NCBI GenBank assembly: GCA_902530535.1 | Contig: CACAAP010000001.1 | Span: 3,160 to 67,159 of the forward strand | Origin: an uncultured Candidatus Poseidoniales archaeon | Lineage (GTDB): Archaea; Thermoplasmatota; Poseidoniia; Poseidoniales; Thalassarchaeaceae | Length of the DNA: 64,000 bases | Reading direction: 5' to 3' | In this document: positions 10,415 through 18,640 of the stretch, piece by piece | Layout of the letters: each line of letters begins with the position of its first letter | How positions within the stretch are numbered: position 1 is the first letter of the stretch | Position numbers and translations under genes: made by a program | The notes under the pieces: model-generated | The model's input: the letters and a program-made list of their open reading frames with translations, nothing else | Told to the model about the DNA's origin: nothing | The model's database searches: none

Positions 10415-11555
10415 TTGGCAAACAATTCTACAGAGCCAGCTTTCGGCCGATCCTCCTCTTCTAACTGTAGAAGACGCGGAGAAAATATACCTCCAAGCGC
10501 CCTTGAGCGAATTGATGTATGTTGCTTCAGAGAGGAGAAAAACGCAAGTACCGGGGAATATCGTTACTTTTATGATTGATAGAAATATCAATTACACCAA
10601 TATTTGCACAATCAACTGCAATTTCTGCTCCTTCTACCGTTCTCCCGGTCATGATGAAGGATATACACAGACATTTGACCAGATTAGCGCCAGAATTGAT
10701 GAGTTAGAGGAACTAGGCGGTTCGAGAATCCTAATGCAGGGGGGGGTTAACCCATCACTAAACTTCGAATGGTATACTGAGTTACTATCAGAGCTCTCTA
10801 GGAGGCATCCCTCGATATCTTTGGACTGCTTCTCGCCCATTGAGATTGAGGGCATTGCAGAAGTCTCTGGACTATCCACCATTGAGGTCCTATCTAGGTT
10901 TCGCGAATCTGGTATGCACGGACTTCCGGGAGGAGGCGCAGAAATGCTCGTTGATAGTGTAAGGAGTGGCATTTCACCTAGGAAGGGGTCCTCTGAGAAT
11001 TGGATTAGGGTCATGGGGGAGGCGCAATCATTGGGCCTGACTACTTCTGCAACCAACGTCTTCGGTTTCGGCGAGAGTATCAAAGATAGGGTAGAGCACA
11101 TGAATAAGATCAGATCATTACAGGAGAGCTCATTGTCAAATGGTTACCTTGGATTCACATCATTCATTTCATGGCCAGTAATGCTCGAGAACAATGCTTT
11201 CGGAAAAATAGGGATTAGGAGGGGCGCGACAAACCTAGGTGCAGGCGCAGTGGAGTACCTCAGGCATGTTTCAGTATCCAGGCTATTCATGAGTAACATT
11301 GACCACATTCAAGCTTCATGGCCTACTATGGGGTTGAAAGTGGCTCAAATCGCTCTGACGGCAGGAGCCGATGACATAGGATCAACCATGATGGAAGAGA
11401 ATGTAGTATCGGCTTCTGGAACCACCAAGACAATGGCTACTATTTCCGAATTGAAGGAATCTATACTAAGTTGTGGCTTCACTCCGGCTAGAAGGGACTC
11501 AGACTACAATATTCTGGACATTCTAGAAGAGAGCCAGGCTCTATTACAGGTCTGA
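10407..11555 (+). CDS. radical SAM enzyme of the MqnC/MqnE/CofH family (futalosine-type menaquinone synthesis likely)
   Basis: 'NINYTNICTINCNFCSFYRSPG' is a CxxxCxxC cluster in the typical Mqn/CofH context. Length is 382 aa. Overlaps pepP by 8 nt. Confidence 0.7.
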   Translation: MTDWQTILQSQLSADPPLLTVEDAEKIYLQAPLSELMYVASERRKTQVPGNIVTFMIDRNINYTNICTINCNFCSFYRSPGHDEGYTQTFDQISARIDELEELGGSRILMQGGVNPSLNFEWYTELLSELSRRHPSISLDCFSPIEIEGIAEVSGLSTIEVLSRFRESGMHGLPGGGAEMLVDSVRSGISPRKGSSENWIRVMGEAQSLGLTTSATNVFGFGESIKDRVEHMNKIRSLQESSLSNGYLGFTSFISWPVMLENNAFGKIGIRRGATNLGAGAVEYLRHVSVSRLFMSNIDHIQASWPTMGLKVAQIALTAGADDIGSTMMEENVVSASGTTKTMATISELKESILSCGFTPARRDSDYNILDILEESQALLQV

Positions 11556-12629
11556 TAGTTCTGCTCTACCGCTAATCACCGGCGCTCTGAGAATTTCTGT
11601 CGGCTCTTCGGATTGTGGCATGATTATTGGTAAAACCCAGAAAATCCTCCTACCATTGGATTCAAGAAACTCCAAAACAACCTCCCAATGGATTGCGATA
11701 AGTGACGAATATACGGTACCTGGCCATTGATCTGATGGCATTTTCAATGTGAATTCTGTTGTAGAATCTATGGTCTGTGTCCAATCGCCTTTTTCCATTA
11801 TCCTAAGAGGCTCTAGAATCACTGATTTCTTCGATGATAGTTGCATTGGAATGGATTCGCCTACACCAGTTCCAGTCTCATCACCAGAGACCAGCCTTTT
11901 CTCGGGTAGCTTAGTTGACATTCCAGGAGCAGGCTGTCCAGATTCGTGCCTATCCAGTGTCGCTAGTACCGAACTCCTCTCGGGCATAGCTACACCGACT
12001 TGGACTCTAGAGCGAATTAACTGCAGATTCATGTCTTTTTTTCTCACTTCGAAATCTATTGCTCCCCTTTCTGCACTTATGATAACTTCGGGTTCCTCAT
12101 ATGGGCTCTCTGAGATATCCTTCTGCCTATTGAAATCTCTGAAGTTTGCGATGGTTCTGAATACAAGTGGTAAGATGAATAGTGGGAAAGTGTAGAATAG
12201 CAACCTAGGATAGTCCAGAGGACCTATGGAAATTGAGCCTGCAATAGTTTCATCGATTATTCCCTGTTCAACTAATCCAGGCTCTATAGCATGTACAAAC
12301 AAAGAGAGTATTAGTAATGTTACTGTGGGGATAATTAGCTTTCTAGAAATATTGTGCAGCCTATCTGGTCTGATGAACCAACCTACCCTTGTATCGGTCA
12401 AGAAACTTGGAGGAGAATCTGTGATTTCGCACTCTAGCTTTAGCAACTCATCTTCGTCTCCCTCATGCCCCCTCCACTGAACGAACCAGTCATCTTCTGA
12501 TCCAATTGTGAAGCTCGTCACACTCATGCCAGAATTATCGATTTTAGCCTTAGAAATTGGAATGTTTGTAGGATTCATATGTTCAAGTTCGAATGGAGGG
12601 TACCTGATGCTCTGTTCGTAGCTATCCAT
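11544..12629 (-). CDS. hypothetical membrane protein (2 central TM helices, beta-rich C-terminal domain)
   Basis: Start chosen at the ATG 1 nt after the upstream stop (the track ORF runs to 12668 and would overlap). TM helices 'LIIPTVTLLILSLFVHAI' and 'LLFYTFPLFILPLVF'. No family recognised. Confidence 0.45.
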   Translation of the reverse strand: MDSYEQSIRYPPFELEHMNPTNIPISKAKIDNSGMSVTSFTIGSEDDWFVQWRGHEGDEDELLKLECEITDSPPSFLTDTRVGWFIRPDRLHNISRKLIIPTVTLLILSLFVHAIEPGLVEQGIIDETIAGSISIGPLDYPRLLFYTFPLFILPLVFRTIANFRDFNRQKDISESPYEEPEVIISAERGAIDFEVRKKDMNLQLIRSRVQVGVAMPERSSVLATLDRHESGQPAPGMSTKLPEKRLVSGDETGTGVGESIPMQLSSKKSVILEPLRIMEKGDWTQTIDSTTEFTLKMPSDQWPGTVYSSLIAIHWEVVLEFLESNGRRIFWVLPIIMPQSEEPTEILRAPVISGRAELSDL

Positions 12630-12630
12630 G

Positions 12631-13836
12631 CTATCCCCACAATACGGCTTTGGCGGCCCTACCTGCAAGCCTTCGGAATTCGGGTACTTCCCTGAGCATC
12701 TTGATTCCTAGTGGTATCGGATTCTCAATGTCGCCGAATTCATTTATCAAATCAGTAACCTCGGGCCTAGCCCAAACATCGAATATCCTCTCAAGCTCGT
12801 AATCACTCATTTCAGTCAAAAATGCATCCCTTAGTGCTCTCTTCTTCCTCTGATTCCGAGCCATCTCCTTCAGCAATGAAGATATTGAATTCATGGTACC
12901 TCTGCTTAATTCGTTATTCTCCATACATTTGCTGAGCCTCGGAACTAGTAAGTCCACTTGTTTGAATCCAGGGCCTATGCCTCCCCCAGTTGTAGGTTTA
13001 CACACCCCTGCAGAGTCTCCGAAAAGTGCCACCCTCTCAATTAGTGGTTTTCTAACAATGCCACTAGGAACTGGCCCGCAAAATCTAGCTACCTCAGAAC
13101 ATAGCTCGAACCTAGAGTTGATTTTCTGATCTTGCAACAACTTGTCCAGATACTGCTCGCTGGATAAGCCATTCATCAACTCGGCCTTTGTCCATGTGCC
13201 TACTCTAGTAGTATCTCCAGTGGGTATCGCCCAACTGAAGAATCCAGGTGAAATGTTCTTTCCAGTGTACATGTCTAACATCCCTGAATCTCCATTATAG
13301 CCCGTTACTTCAATCTGGAAACCAATCATAGTTTCACGAGGATTCCCCATACGGAAATTTCTACGGACCCATGAGTGTGCACCATCGGCACCACATAGTA
13401 GCTTGCAGTGAACGGTTTCGTCACCATTCGGACCATCTATCTTCACTTCTACGAATTCATCGAAAACTATTGCTGAATACGGCTTTGATGATAGGAGGAC
13501 TTCTGTGCCGGTTGCTATTGATTGCATTACAACGGCTTCATCGAAGAGTTTTCTACAGACAGAGAATGTACGTGGAACGCTAGGATCACCTATCGTTACT
13601 CTTGTGCCTGTAGGACTATGGATGTTAGCTCCCCATATTGAAGTTAGAATTGTATCCTCCAAACCTATCGTCTTCATTGATGCGGGATTCACCAAACCGG
13701 CACATTGGAATGGCCTTCCAATCTGGTCATGTTCCTCGATCATGAGAACGCTGTTTCCGTGTTCGTTGAACCTTCGTGAAAGATAGCCCCCAATAGGCCC
13801 TGCACCAACCACAACAACATCGAACTCACGAATCAT
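12631..13836 (-). CDS. geranylgeranyl reductase-family FAD-dependent oxidoreductase
   Basis: FAD-binding fold 'DVVVVGAGPIGGYLSRRF'. 'CGADGAHSWVR' and 'LFGDSAGVCKPTTGGGI' are typical of the archaeal GGR family. Confidence 0.8.
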   Translation of the reverse strand: MIREFDVVVVGAGPIGGYLSRRFNEHGNSVLMIEEHDQIGRPFQCAGLVNPASMKTIGLEDTILTSIWGANIHSPTGTRVTIGDPSVPRTFSVCRKLFDEAVVMQSIATGTEVLLSSKPYSAIVFDEFVEVKIDGPNGDETVHCKLLCGADGAHSWVRRNFRMGNPRETMIGFQIEVTGYNGDSGMLDMYTGKNISPGFFSWAIPTGDTTRVGTWTKAELMNGLSSEQYLDKLLQDQKINSRFELCSEVARFCGPVPSGIVRKPLIERVALFGDSAGVCKPTTGGGIGPGFKQVDLLVPRLSKCMENNELSRGTMNSISSLLKEMARNQRKKRALRDAFLTEMSDYELERIFDVWARPEVTDLINEFGDIENPIPLGIKMLREVPEFRRLAGRAAKAVLWG

Positions 13837-13853
13837 ATTATCCCCATACTCTA

Positions 13854-16085
13854 CTATTTCTTGCTTCTGCGCTTGGAATTTATTGTTTTCTTAAGATTTC
13901 CAATCAGAATGCTTGCATCAGATTTGGTGATAGTTTCTATTGATTCTGTTCTGACGGCCTCAAGAGCTTGCTCTATTGGCATCTCTAGTTTTTCGATCAT
14001 AGAAATTATTGCAGAAACCTGCCTTTCTGTTGCAGGACTATTTCTGTCCATATTTAGTAGCTTATCAATCAAATCACTGGCACTGCCATCTTTTCCACCA
14101 GTAAGTTCGGAAAGTTCCGTTAACCCCATCTCGCCGAGAATAACATCCAATTCTAGACGTAATCTATCTGAGACTCTAATGATTAACGCTATCTGCTTTT
14201 CACTCGGCGCGATGTTTGTCTTCCTTTCTTCGCTGATTTCATCAAGAATATTCTTCACATCTTCCCCAGACAGTTGCATTAGTGATTTATTGTCTAATAT
14301 CTCGGAAGTTTCCTCCTGAGACATATTTGCCAGTATTCTTTGAAGATATTCTATCTGCTTTAGTGTGGGCTTCTGTTTTCTCTTTTCCAATGCAAGTAGG
14401 TGAATCTTACGAAATAGTTGTTCAAACTCAGTCCACTTTGAGTGGGCTTCGGATAGGCCATCTTCAATAGAATCCAAATCCGACTCCATAATTGCGGTAA
14501 AATCTGCGGAGAATAATTCTCCATCTGGTTGATTGTAATGCGGGGCAACATCTAACCACAAGGTTCTACCGTTTTTTGTCGGAATCAGTGAGCTTCCGTC
14601 TTTTTCGATATATCGCTTCTGTTCGAGGTTTTTGACCATTGAAACATATGTGGATGGCCGTCCGATACCACTTTTCTTCATTTCTTGTATAATCGAGCTT
14701 TCGGTGAATCTCCTTGGAGGTTTAGTGAAATCAACAGTCATTTCAGCATTAGAATCAATATCCCAAGACTCGCCTGTAGAAAATCGTACTTCTGGGGGTT
14801 TTGTTTGGACTTCTCCCATGGACCACGAAAATACATTTTCCCATCCGTCGTGCGTCCTCCATGAAGCGGTTCCAGTAATCGGTACCTCCACCCCATCACA
14901 TGAAAATTTCAGAGCCCTCCTTTCTCTAACGGAATTGGACATTTGGCTGGCTGCAAACCTTGACCAAATCAGTTGATACAATTTCTTTTCATCTGTATCC
15001 TTTCCTGCATTCTCAATCGTTGGATCACTGGGTCTAATTGCTTCGTGCGCATCCTGAACATTGCTGCCCTTCTTCGCTGACTCACCTACTCCTTGACCCA
15101 GGTATTTTTCTCCTAGTTTACCAGAGATATGGTCTCTGATACTCTTTCTGGCCTTTGCATTAGTTCTAGTTGAATCTGTGCGAATATAGGTTATGTGTCC
15201 TCCATTGTACAGGGATGAAGCGACCCCACTGGTCTTTGATATGGACCACCCTAGAGTAGAGTTGGCAGTTTGAAGCATAGTATCCGTTGTGAAAGGTGGT
15301 TTTGGTTTACGATTAACCGTACCCTCCTTAGCTTCTGTTAGGATCAATTTATTTGAGGAGTTGATCTGATCCACTGTTTGTTCGGCCAATTTAGTATTCG
15401 AGGTTCTATTTGGATGATGTTTTCCATCATCATCTAACCAAGCATCGGGATCATCCGATTCGTGGAATCTAACATTCATCTCAATACCATTGGAAGGAAC
15501 CGAAACCGAATGGTACTCTTTGGGCACATGGTTATCTCTCTCCAACTCCTTTTCTACAATGAAGCCAAGTGTTGGGGTCTGTACCCTACCCATTGATTTC
15601 AATTTCCATGATTTGCAGAATTTTGAGCATCTCCAACCTACTAATCTGTCTATCAGCCTCCTAACTATGGCTGCATTGACAAGATCCATATCTACATCTC
15701 GTGGTTCGGAAATTGCAGACATTACCGCGTCCTTCGTAATCTCGTTGAACGAGATTCTCTGTATCGAGTCGAAATCGGAAAGAATCTCCTTGAGTCTCCA
15801 TGCGATAAATTCCCCCTCTCTATCAGGATCAGTAGCAATAAATATCTCGTTCACGGAAGATTTTGATGCTTTGTTCATTATCACGGATAGTTTCCTCTCC
15901 GCCTTTTCATCTGTCCAACTCCATGGAGGATTGGGCAACTCCCCATCCTTGTAAGCCCACATTGCTTTGTTGTTAACTGGTAAATCCTGAACATGGCCAT
16001 TACAAGCATCTACAATCCACCCCTTTCCGAGGTACTTTTTGATAGTCTTAGCCTTAGCACCAGATTCAAGAATTACTAGTTTCAT
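13854..16085 (-). CDS. topA: DNA topoisomerase I (type IA) with non-zinc helical-repeat C-terminus
   Basis: Toprim start 'MKLVILESGAKAKTIKKYLG'. 'IATDPDREGEFIAW' is present. The active-site region is 'GHITYIRTDSTR'. Start placed at the ATG at 16085; the 71 codons upstream in the track ORF have no topoisomerase similarity. Confidence 0.9.
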   Translation of the reverse strand: MKLVILESGAKAKTIKKYLGKGWIVDACNGHVQDLPVNNKAMWAYKDGELPNPPWSWTDEKAERKLSVIMNKASKSSVNEIFIATDPDREGEFIAWRLKEILSDFDSIQRISFNEITKDAVMSAISEPRDVDMDLVNAAIVRRLIDRLVGWRCSKFCKSWKLKSMGRVQTPTLGFIVEKELERDNHVPKEYHSVSVPSNGIEMNVRFHESDDPDAWLDDDGKHHPNRTSNTKLAEQTVDQINSSNKLILTEAKEGTVNRKPKPPFTTDTMLQTANSTLGWSISKTSGVASSLYNGGHITYIRTDSTRTNAKARKSIRDHISGKLGEKYLGQGVGESAKKGSNVQDAHEAIRPSDPTIENAGKDTDEKKLYQLIWSRFAASQMSNSVRERRALKFSCDGVEVPITGTASWRTHDGWENVFSWSMGEVQTKPPEVRFSTGESWDIDSNAEMTVDFTKPPRRFTESSIIQEMKKSGIGRPSTYVSMVKNLEQKRYIEKDGSSLIPTKNGRTLWLDVAPHYNQPDGELFSADFTAIMESDLDSIEDGLSEAHSKWTEFEQLFRKIHLLALEKRKQKPTLKQIEYLQRILANMSQEETSEILDNKSLMQLSGEDVKNILDEISEERKTNIAPSEKQIALIIRVSDRLRLELDVILGEMGLTELSELTGGKDGSASDLIDKLLNMDRNSPATERQVSAIISMIEKLEMPIEQALEAVRTESIETITKSDASILIGNLKKTINSKRRSKK

Positions 16086-16121
16086 ATGATGCCTCTGGAT
16101 TTGTTTGGCCGTAACATGCCC

Positions 16122-16129
16122 TGTATAAA
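16122..16129 (-). promoter_or_regulatory. candidate TATA box for topA
   Basis: The coding-strand sequence is TTTATACA, centred about 40 nt upstream of the topA ATG. This matches the archaeal TTTAWATA consensus and spacing. Confidence 0.35.
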
Positions 16130-16153
16130 CTAGGTGGAGTGATGGGGCCTTCA

Positions 16154-16180
16154 ACGCACGCGCACACGCGAGCGCGCGCG
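16154..16180. repeat. alternating purine-pyrimidine (CG/CA) tract, Z-DNA-prone
   Basis: ACGCACGCGCACACGCGAGCGCGCGCG: 17 nt of perfect R-Y alternation, a one-base phase slip, then 10 more. Lies in the topA/pyrD divergent intergenic region. Confidence 0.6.
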
Positions 16181-16258
16181 AAGCCGAAGTTGTTTGACAA
16201 AGTCCGTAATAACTAGATTTGAAACCTAACGATTGAAGAATGGATGCGTATGGCGTAA

Positions 16259-17365
16259 GTGATGGGAATAGCGTGGAGTGTTTTGGGAAGACCTGCACTG
16301 AGACTCATTGACTCCGAGACTGCCCATTCTATTTCTATGAGAGTAATGAGGGGTTTTGGTGAAACTAGCGCGGGTCAGAATATGCTGAACGCCCTTTACA
16401 GACCTCCAGAAGTTCCAATTGAAGTCTTTGGAAAGATGTTCCACCACCCCCTAGGTTTAGCAGCTGGTTTCGATAAAGGTGCAGAGGCTCTCATGGCCTG
16501 GTCTGCTATGGGATTCTCATGGACAGAGTATGGCGGAGTTACAAGATACCCGCAGGATGGGAATCCAAAGCCTCGCATGTTCCGTGCCAATAGGCATAGA
16601 GCGCTAGTGAATAAGATGGGTTTCAACAATCCTGGTGCATCGGAAATTCGGAAGAGGTTGATTTCACGAAAATCCGAAGATAAATGGCCAAAGACACCAG
16701 TTGCTGCCAACATTGGTAGGTCCAAGAAGGTCCCAAATGAACATGCAGCAGACGATTATGCTTCTACACTGGATATTCTTTGGGATCACGCCGACATGTT
16801 CGTACTCAATATCTCTTCACCCAATACTCCAGGTCTTAGAGATCTTCAAGGACAAGAGCACCTATCTTCGATTCTAAGATCATGTAACAAGGTACGGGAA
16901 ATGAAGGGAGCCCACAAGCCAATTTTGCTGAAGCTTTCTCCGGATAATTTTGATGATGAGATACTGGAAACCGTTTCTCTTTGTACAGCATCTGGCGTTG
17001 ATGGCATAGTTGCCACAAATACGACCATAAAGAGGCCAGCACCACTATCCACTCAGTCTAGAAAGGCTTTCTCAAGTGACGGGGGGTTGTCTGGACGCCC
17101 TCTCAATTCACGCTCTCTTGAAGTGATAAATTTGGTCTATGGAGAAACTCAGGGCAAAATTCCTATTGTTGGAGTTGGAGGTATCGAATCCAAGGAAACT
17201 GCATGGGATGCAATAATTTCTGGATCATCGCTGATTCAACTTTACTCAGCACTGGTATTCAATGGCCCTACAGTAGTGTCAAGTATAGTCAGAGGAATCA
17301 AGAGTAGAGTTAGAGAGTCCGGCTTTTCGTCTTTATCTGAAGCAGTTGGATACAAACACATTTAG
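16259..17365 (+). CDS. pyrD: dihydroorotate dehydrogenase (quinone), class 2
   Basis: 'HPLGLAAGFDKGAEA', 'NPKPRMFR', 'NKMGFNNPGA', 'NISSPNTPGLRDLQ', 'IVGVGGI'. Confidence 0.9.
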   Translation: MMGIAWSVLGRPALRLIDSETAHSISMRVMRGFGETSAGQNMLNALYRPPEVPIEVFGKMFHHPLGLAAGFDKGAEALMAWSAMGFSWTEYGGVTRYPQDGNPKPRMFRANRHRALVNKMGFNNPGASEIRKRLISRKSEDKWPKTPVAANIGRSKKVPNEHAADDYASTLDILWDHADMFVLNISSPNTPGLRDLQGQEHLSSILRSCNKVREMKGAHKPILLKLSPDNFDDEILETVSLCTASGVDGIVATNTTIKRPAPLSTQSRKAFSSDGGLSGRPLNSRSLEVINLVYGETQGKIPIVGVGGIESKETAWDAIISGSSLIQLYSALVFNGPTVVSSIVRGIKSRVRESGFSSLSEAVGYKHI

Positions 17366-17387
17366 AGATTCGCTCCTAGAATACACT

Positions 17388-17783
17388 GTGCAACTCACTC
17401 GGCTGTCACGTCTGCTGATTGTTTTCGGCACATCGATAGCTATTTTTGGTCTAATGATGGTGACTGTTGACCCCCAAGTCCAGTACAGTGTTGACGAGGT
17501 AATGAGTGAACCTGAGAGATTCGAACGCGAAAATATCTTCGTTCGTGGTATAGTATTGCCCGGATCAATGGATTACGATGAGCTGGTGTTTACTTTGCAA
17601 GGTAACACAGAGGAATTGATTGTCGATTTCAACGACTCTCCGATTCCAGATGGCTTTGATGAGGGTAGGACTATTGCTGTCAGAGGGGTACTAAAGTCAG
17701 AACATTCGTCTGATGGGACACTGATCTGGGTAATCGAGTCCTTTGAGATTCAAACAGGCTGCCCGTCGAAGTATGAAGCTTGA
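17388..17783 (+). CDS. ccmE: cytochrome c maturation heme chaperone CcmE, CxxxY variant
   Basis: N-terminal TM 'LLIVFGTSIAIFGLMMV'. OB-fold core 'IFVRGIVLPGS...IAVRGVL'. C-terminal 'GCPSKYEA' replaces the HxxxY heme site. GTG at 17388 is preferred; the track's TTG at 17346 overlaps pyrD. Confidence 0.65.
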   Translation: MQLTRLSRLLIVFGTSIAIFGLMMVTVDPQVQYSVDEVMSEPERFERENIFVRGIVLPGSMDYDELVFTLQGNTEELIVDFNDSPIPDGFDEGRTIAVRGVLKSEHSSDGTLIWVIESFEIQTGCPSKYEA

Positions 17784-17802
17784 TTGACTGGGCATATTCA
17801 TA

Positions 17803-18130
17803 GGTGTCGTCATTGCGCGATAATTGGGCTAGAGGGGGAGTTGACGTGCTCTATTTTTCACAAATCGTTGATAATGGTGACTCGAAGTCCGAGGGCGGCG
17901 CAAACGAGCCTTTGGGATTACACCAGCTGACTGCGATGTCTCGCCCCCAAGAGATCCAGGTTGGCGTTAGCGGAATCCGGAGGGATTCTGCAAGCGTCTC
18001 ACGCCCGGGAACCAGGTCAGGAGCGGAAGCGAGCAGCCCTACCGGGGATGCTGGATGCCTTGGGACTTCGGGACGGAGAAAGCTGGTGCTGCACTCTCAC
18101 TGATGACGAGCGTCCACCGAGGACACGCCC
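17803..18130 (+). ncRNA. ffs: signal recognition particle RNA (7S/SRP RNA), ends uncertain by about 25 nt
   Basis: GC-rich island. The helix-8 motif is 'ACCAGGUCAGGAGCGGAAGCGAGCAGCC' (18011-18038). The helix-6 hairpin is GAAUCC-GGAG-GGAUUC (17973-17988, GNAR loop). Helix-5 pairings are CACCAGCU/AGCUGGUG and CCCAAGAGAUCCAG/CUGGAUGCCUUGGG. Terminal pairing is UCGUCAU/AUGACGA. Confidence 0.75.
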
Positions 18131-18131
18131 A

Positions 18132-18605
18132 CTACTCAGGTATTCCGGGTAATCCGCCCATTTTGCATACAATTTCGAAATGTATTCTATTTACAGGCTG
18201 AACTGAAAGCCTCTGACCCCTTTGCAATAGAGGCATTCCCTCAAGATCTCCATTGGATCTAAGTTCAGGCAAGCCTACTGAGGTCATTTCTGATACAGGT
18301 TCAATATCTACCATGACCCACCTAGGATTTTCTACCGAAGCCTTTGGATCGTAGTATTTTGATTCTGGCTCTTGGGCTGTATGGTCGGGATACCCCTCCT
18401 TGCAAACCTTAGCTACTCCAGCAACATGCGGGGGTTTGCAGTTTGAGTGGTAGAACAGTACCATGTCACCAACAACCATATCGTCACGCATGATGTTCCT
18501 AGCCTGATAGTTCCTTACTCCGTCCCAATGTGTGGAGCCATCGGAAACCAGTTGTTCCCAAGGATAGACGTGGGGTTCGCTCTTCATCAGCCAGTAGTTT
18601 ACCAT
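18132..18605 (-). CDS. EVE (PUA-like, Thy28-type) domain protein
   Basis: 'MVNYWLMKSEPHVYPWEQL...HWDGVRNYQARNIMRDDMVVGDMVLFYHSN' is the canonical EVE N-terminus. Start moved to the ATG at 18605 because the track's upstream extension overlaps the RND gene. Confidence 0.75.
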   Translation of the reverse strand: MVNYWLMKSEPHVYPWEQLVSDGSTHWDGVRNYQARNIMRDDMVVGDMVLFYHSNCKPPHVAGVAKVCKEGYPDHTAQEPESKYYDPKASVENPRWVMVDIEPVSEMTSVGLPELRSNGDLEGMPLLQRGQRLSVQPVNRIHFEIVCKMGGLPGIPE

Positions 18606-18640
18606 GAGCGTCCTAGTCAGAACATAGCAATAAATTTGAT

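Noticed and set aside
16086-16298. 71-codon N-terminal extension of the topA ORF
   Set aside because: The canonical Toprim start MKLVILESGAKAK begins at the ATG at 16085. The extension runs through the TATA box and the CG-alternating tract and has no topoisomerase similarity.
17804-18152. ORFs 17804..18103 and 17961..18152 (+), 99 and 63 aa, Arg/Gly/Ser-rich
   Set aside because: They lie entirely within the SRP RNA. Their composition is typical of GC-rich non-coding sequence read as protein.
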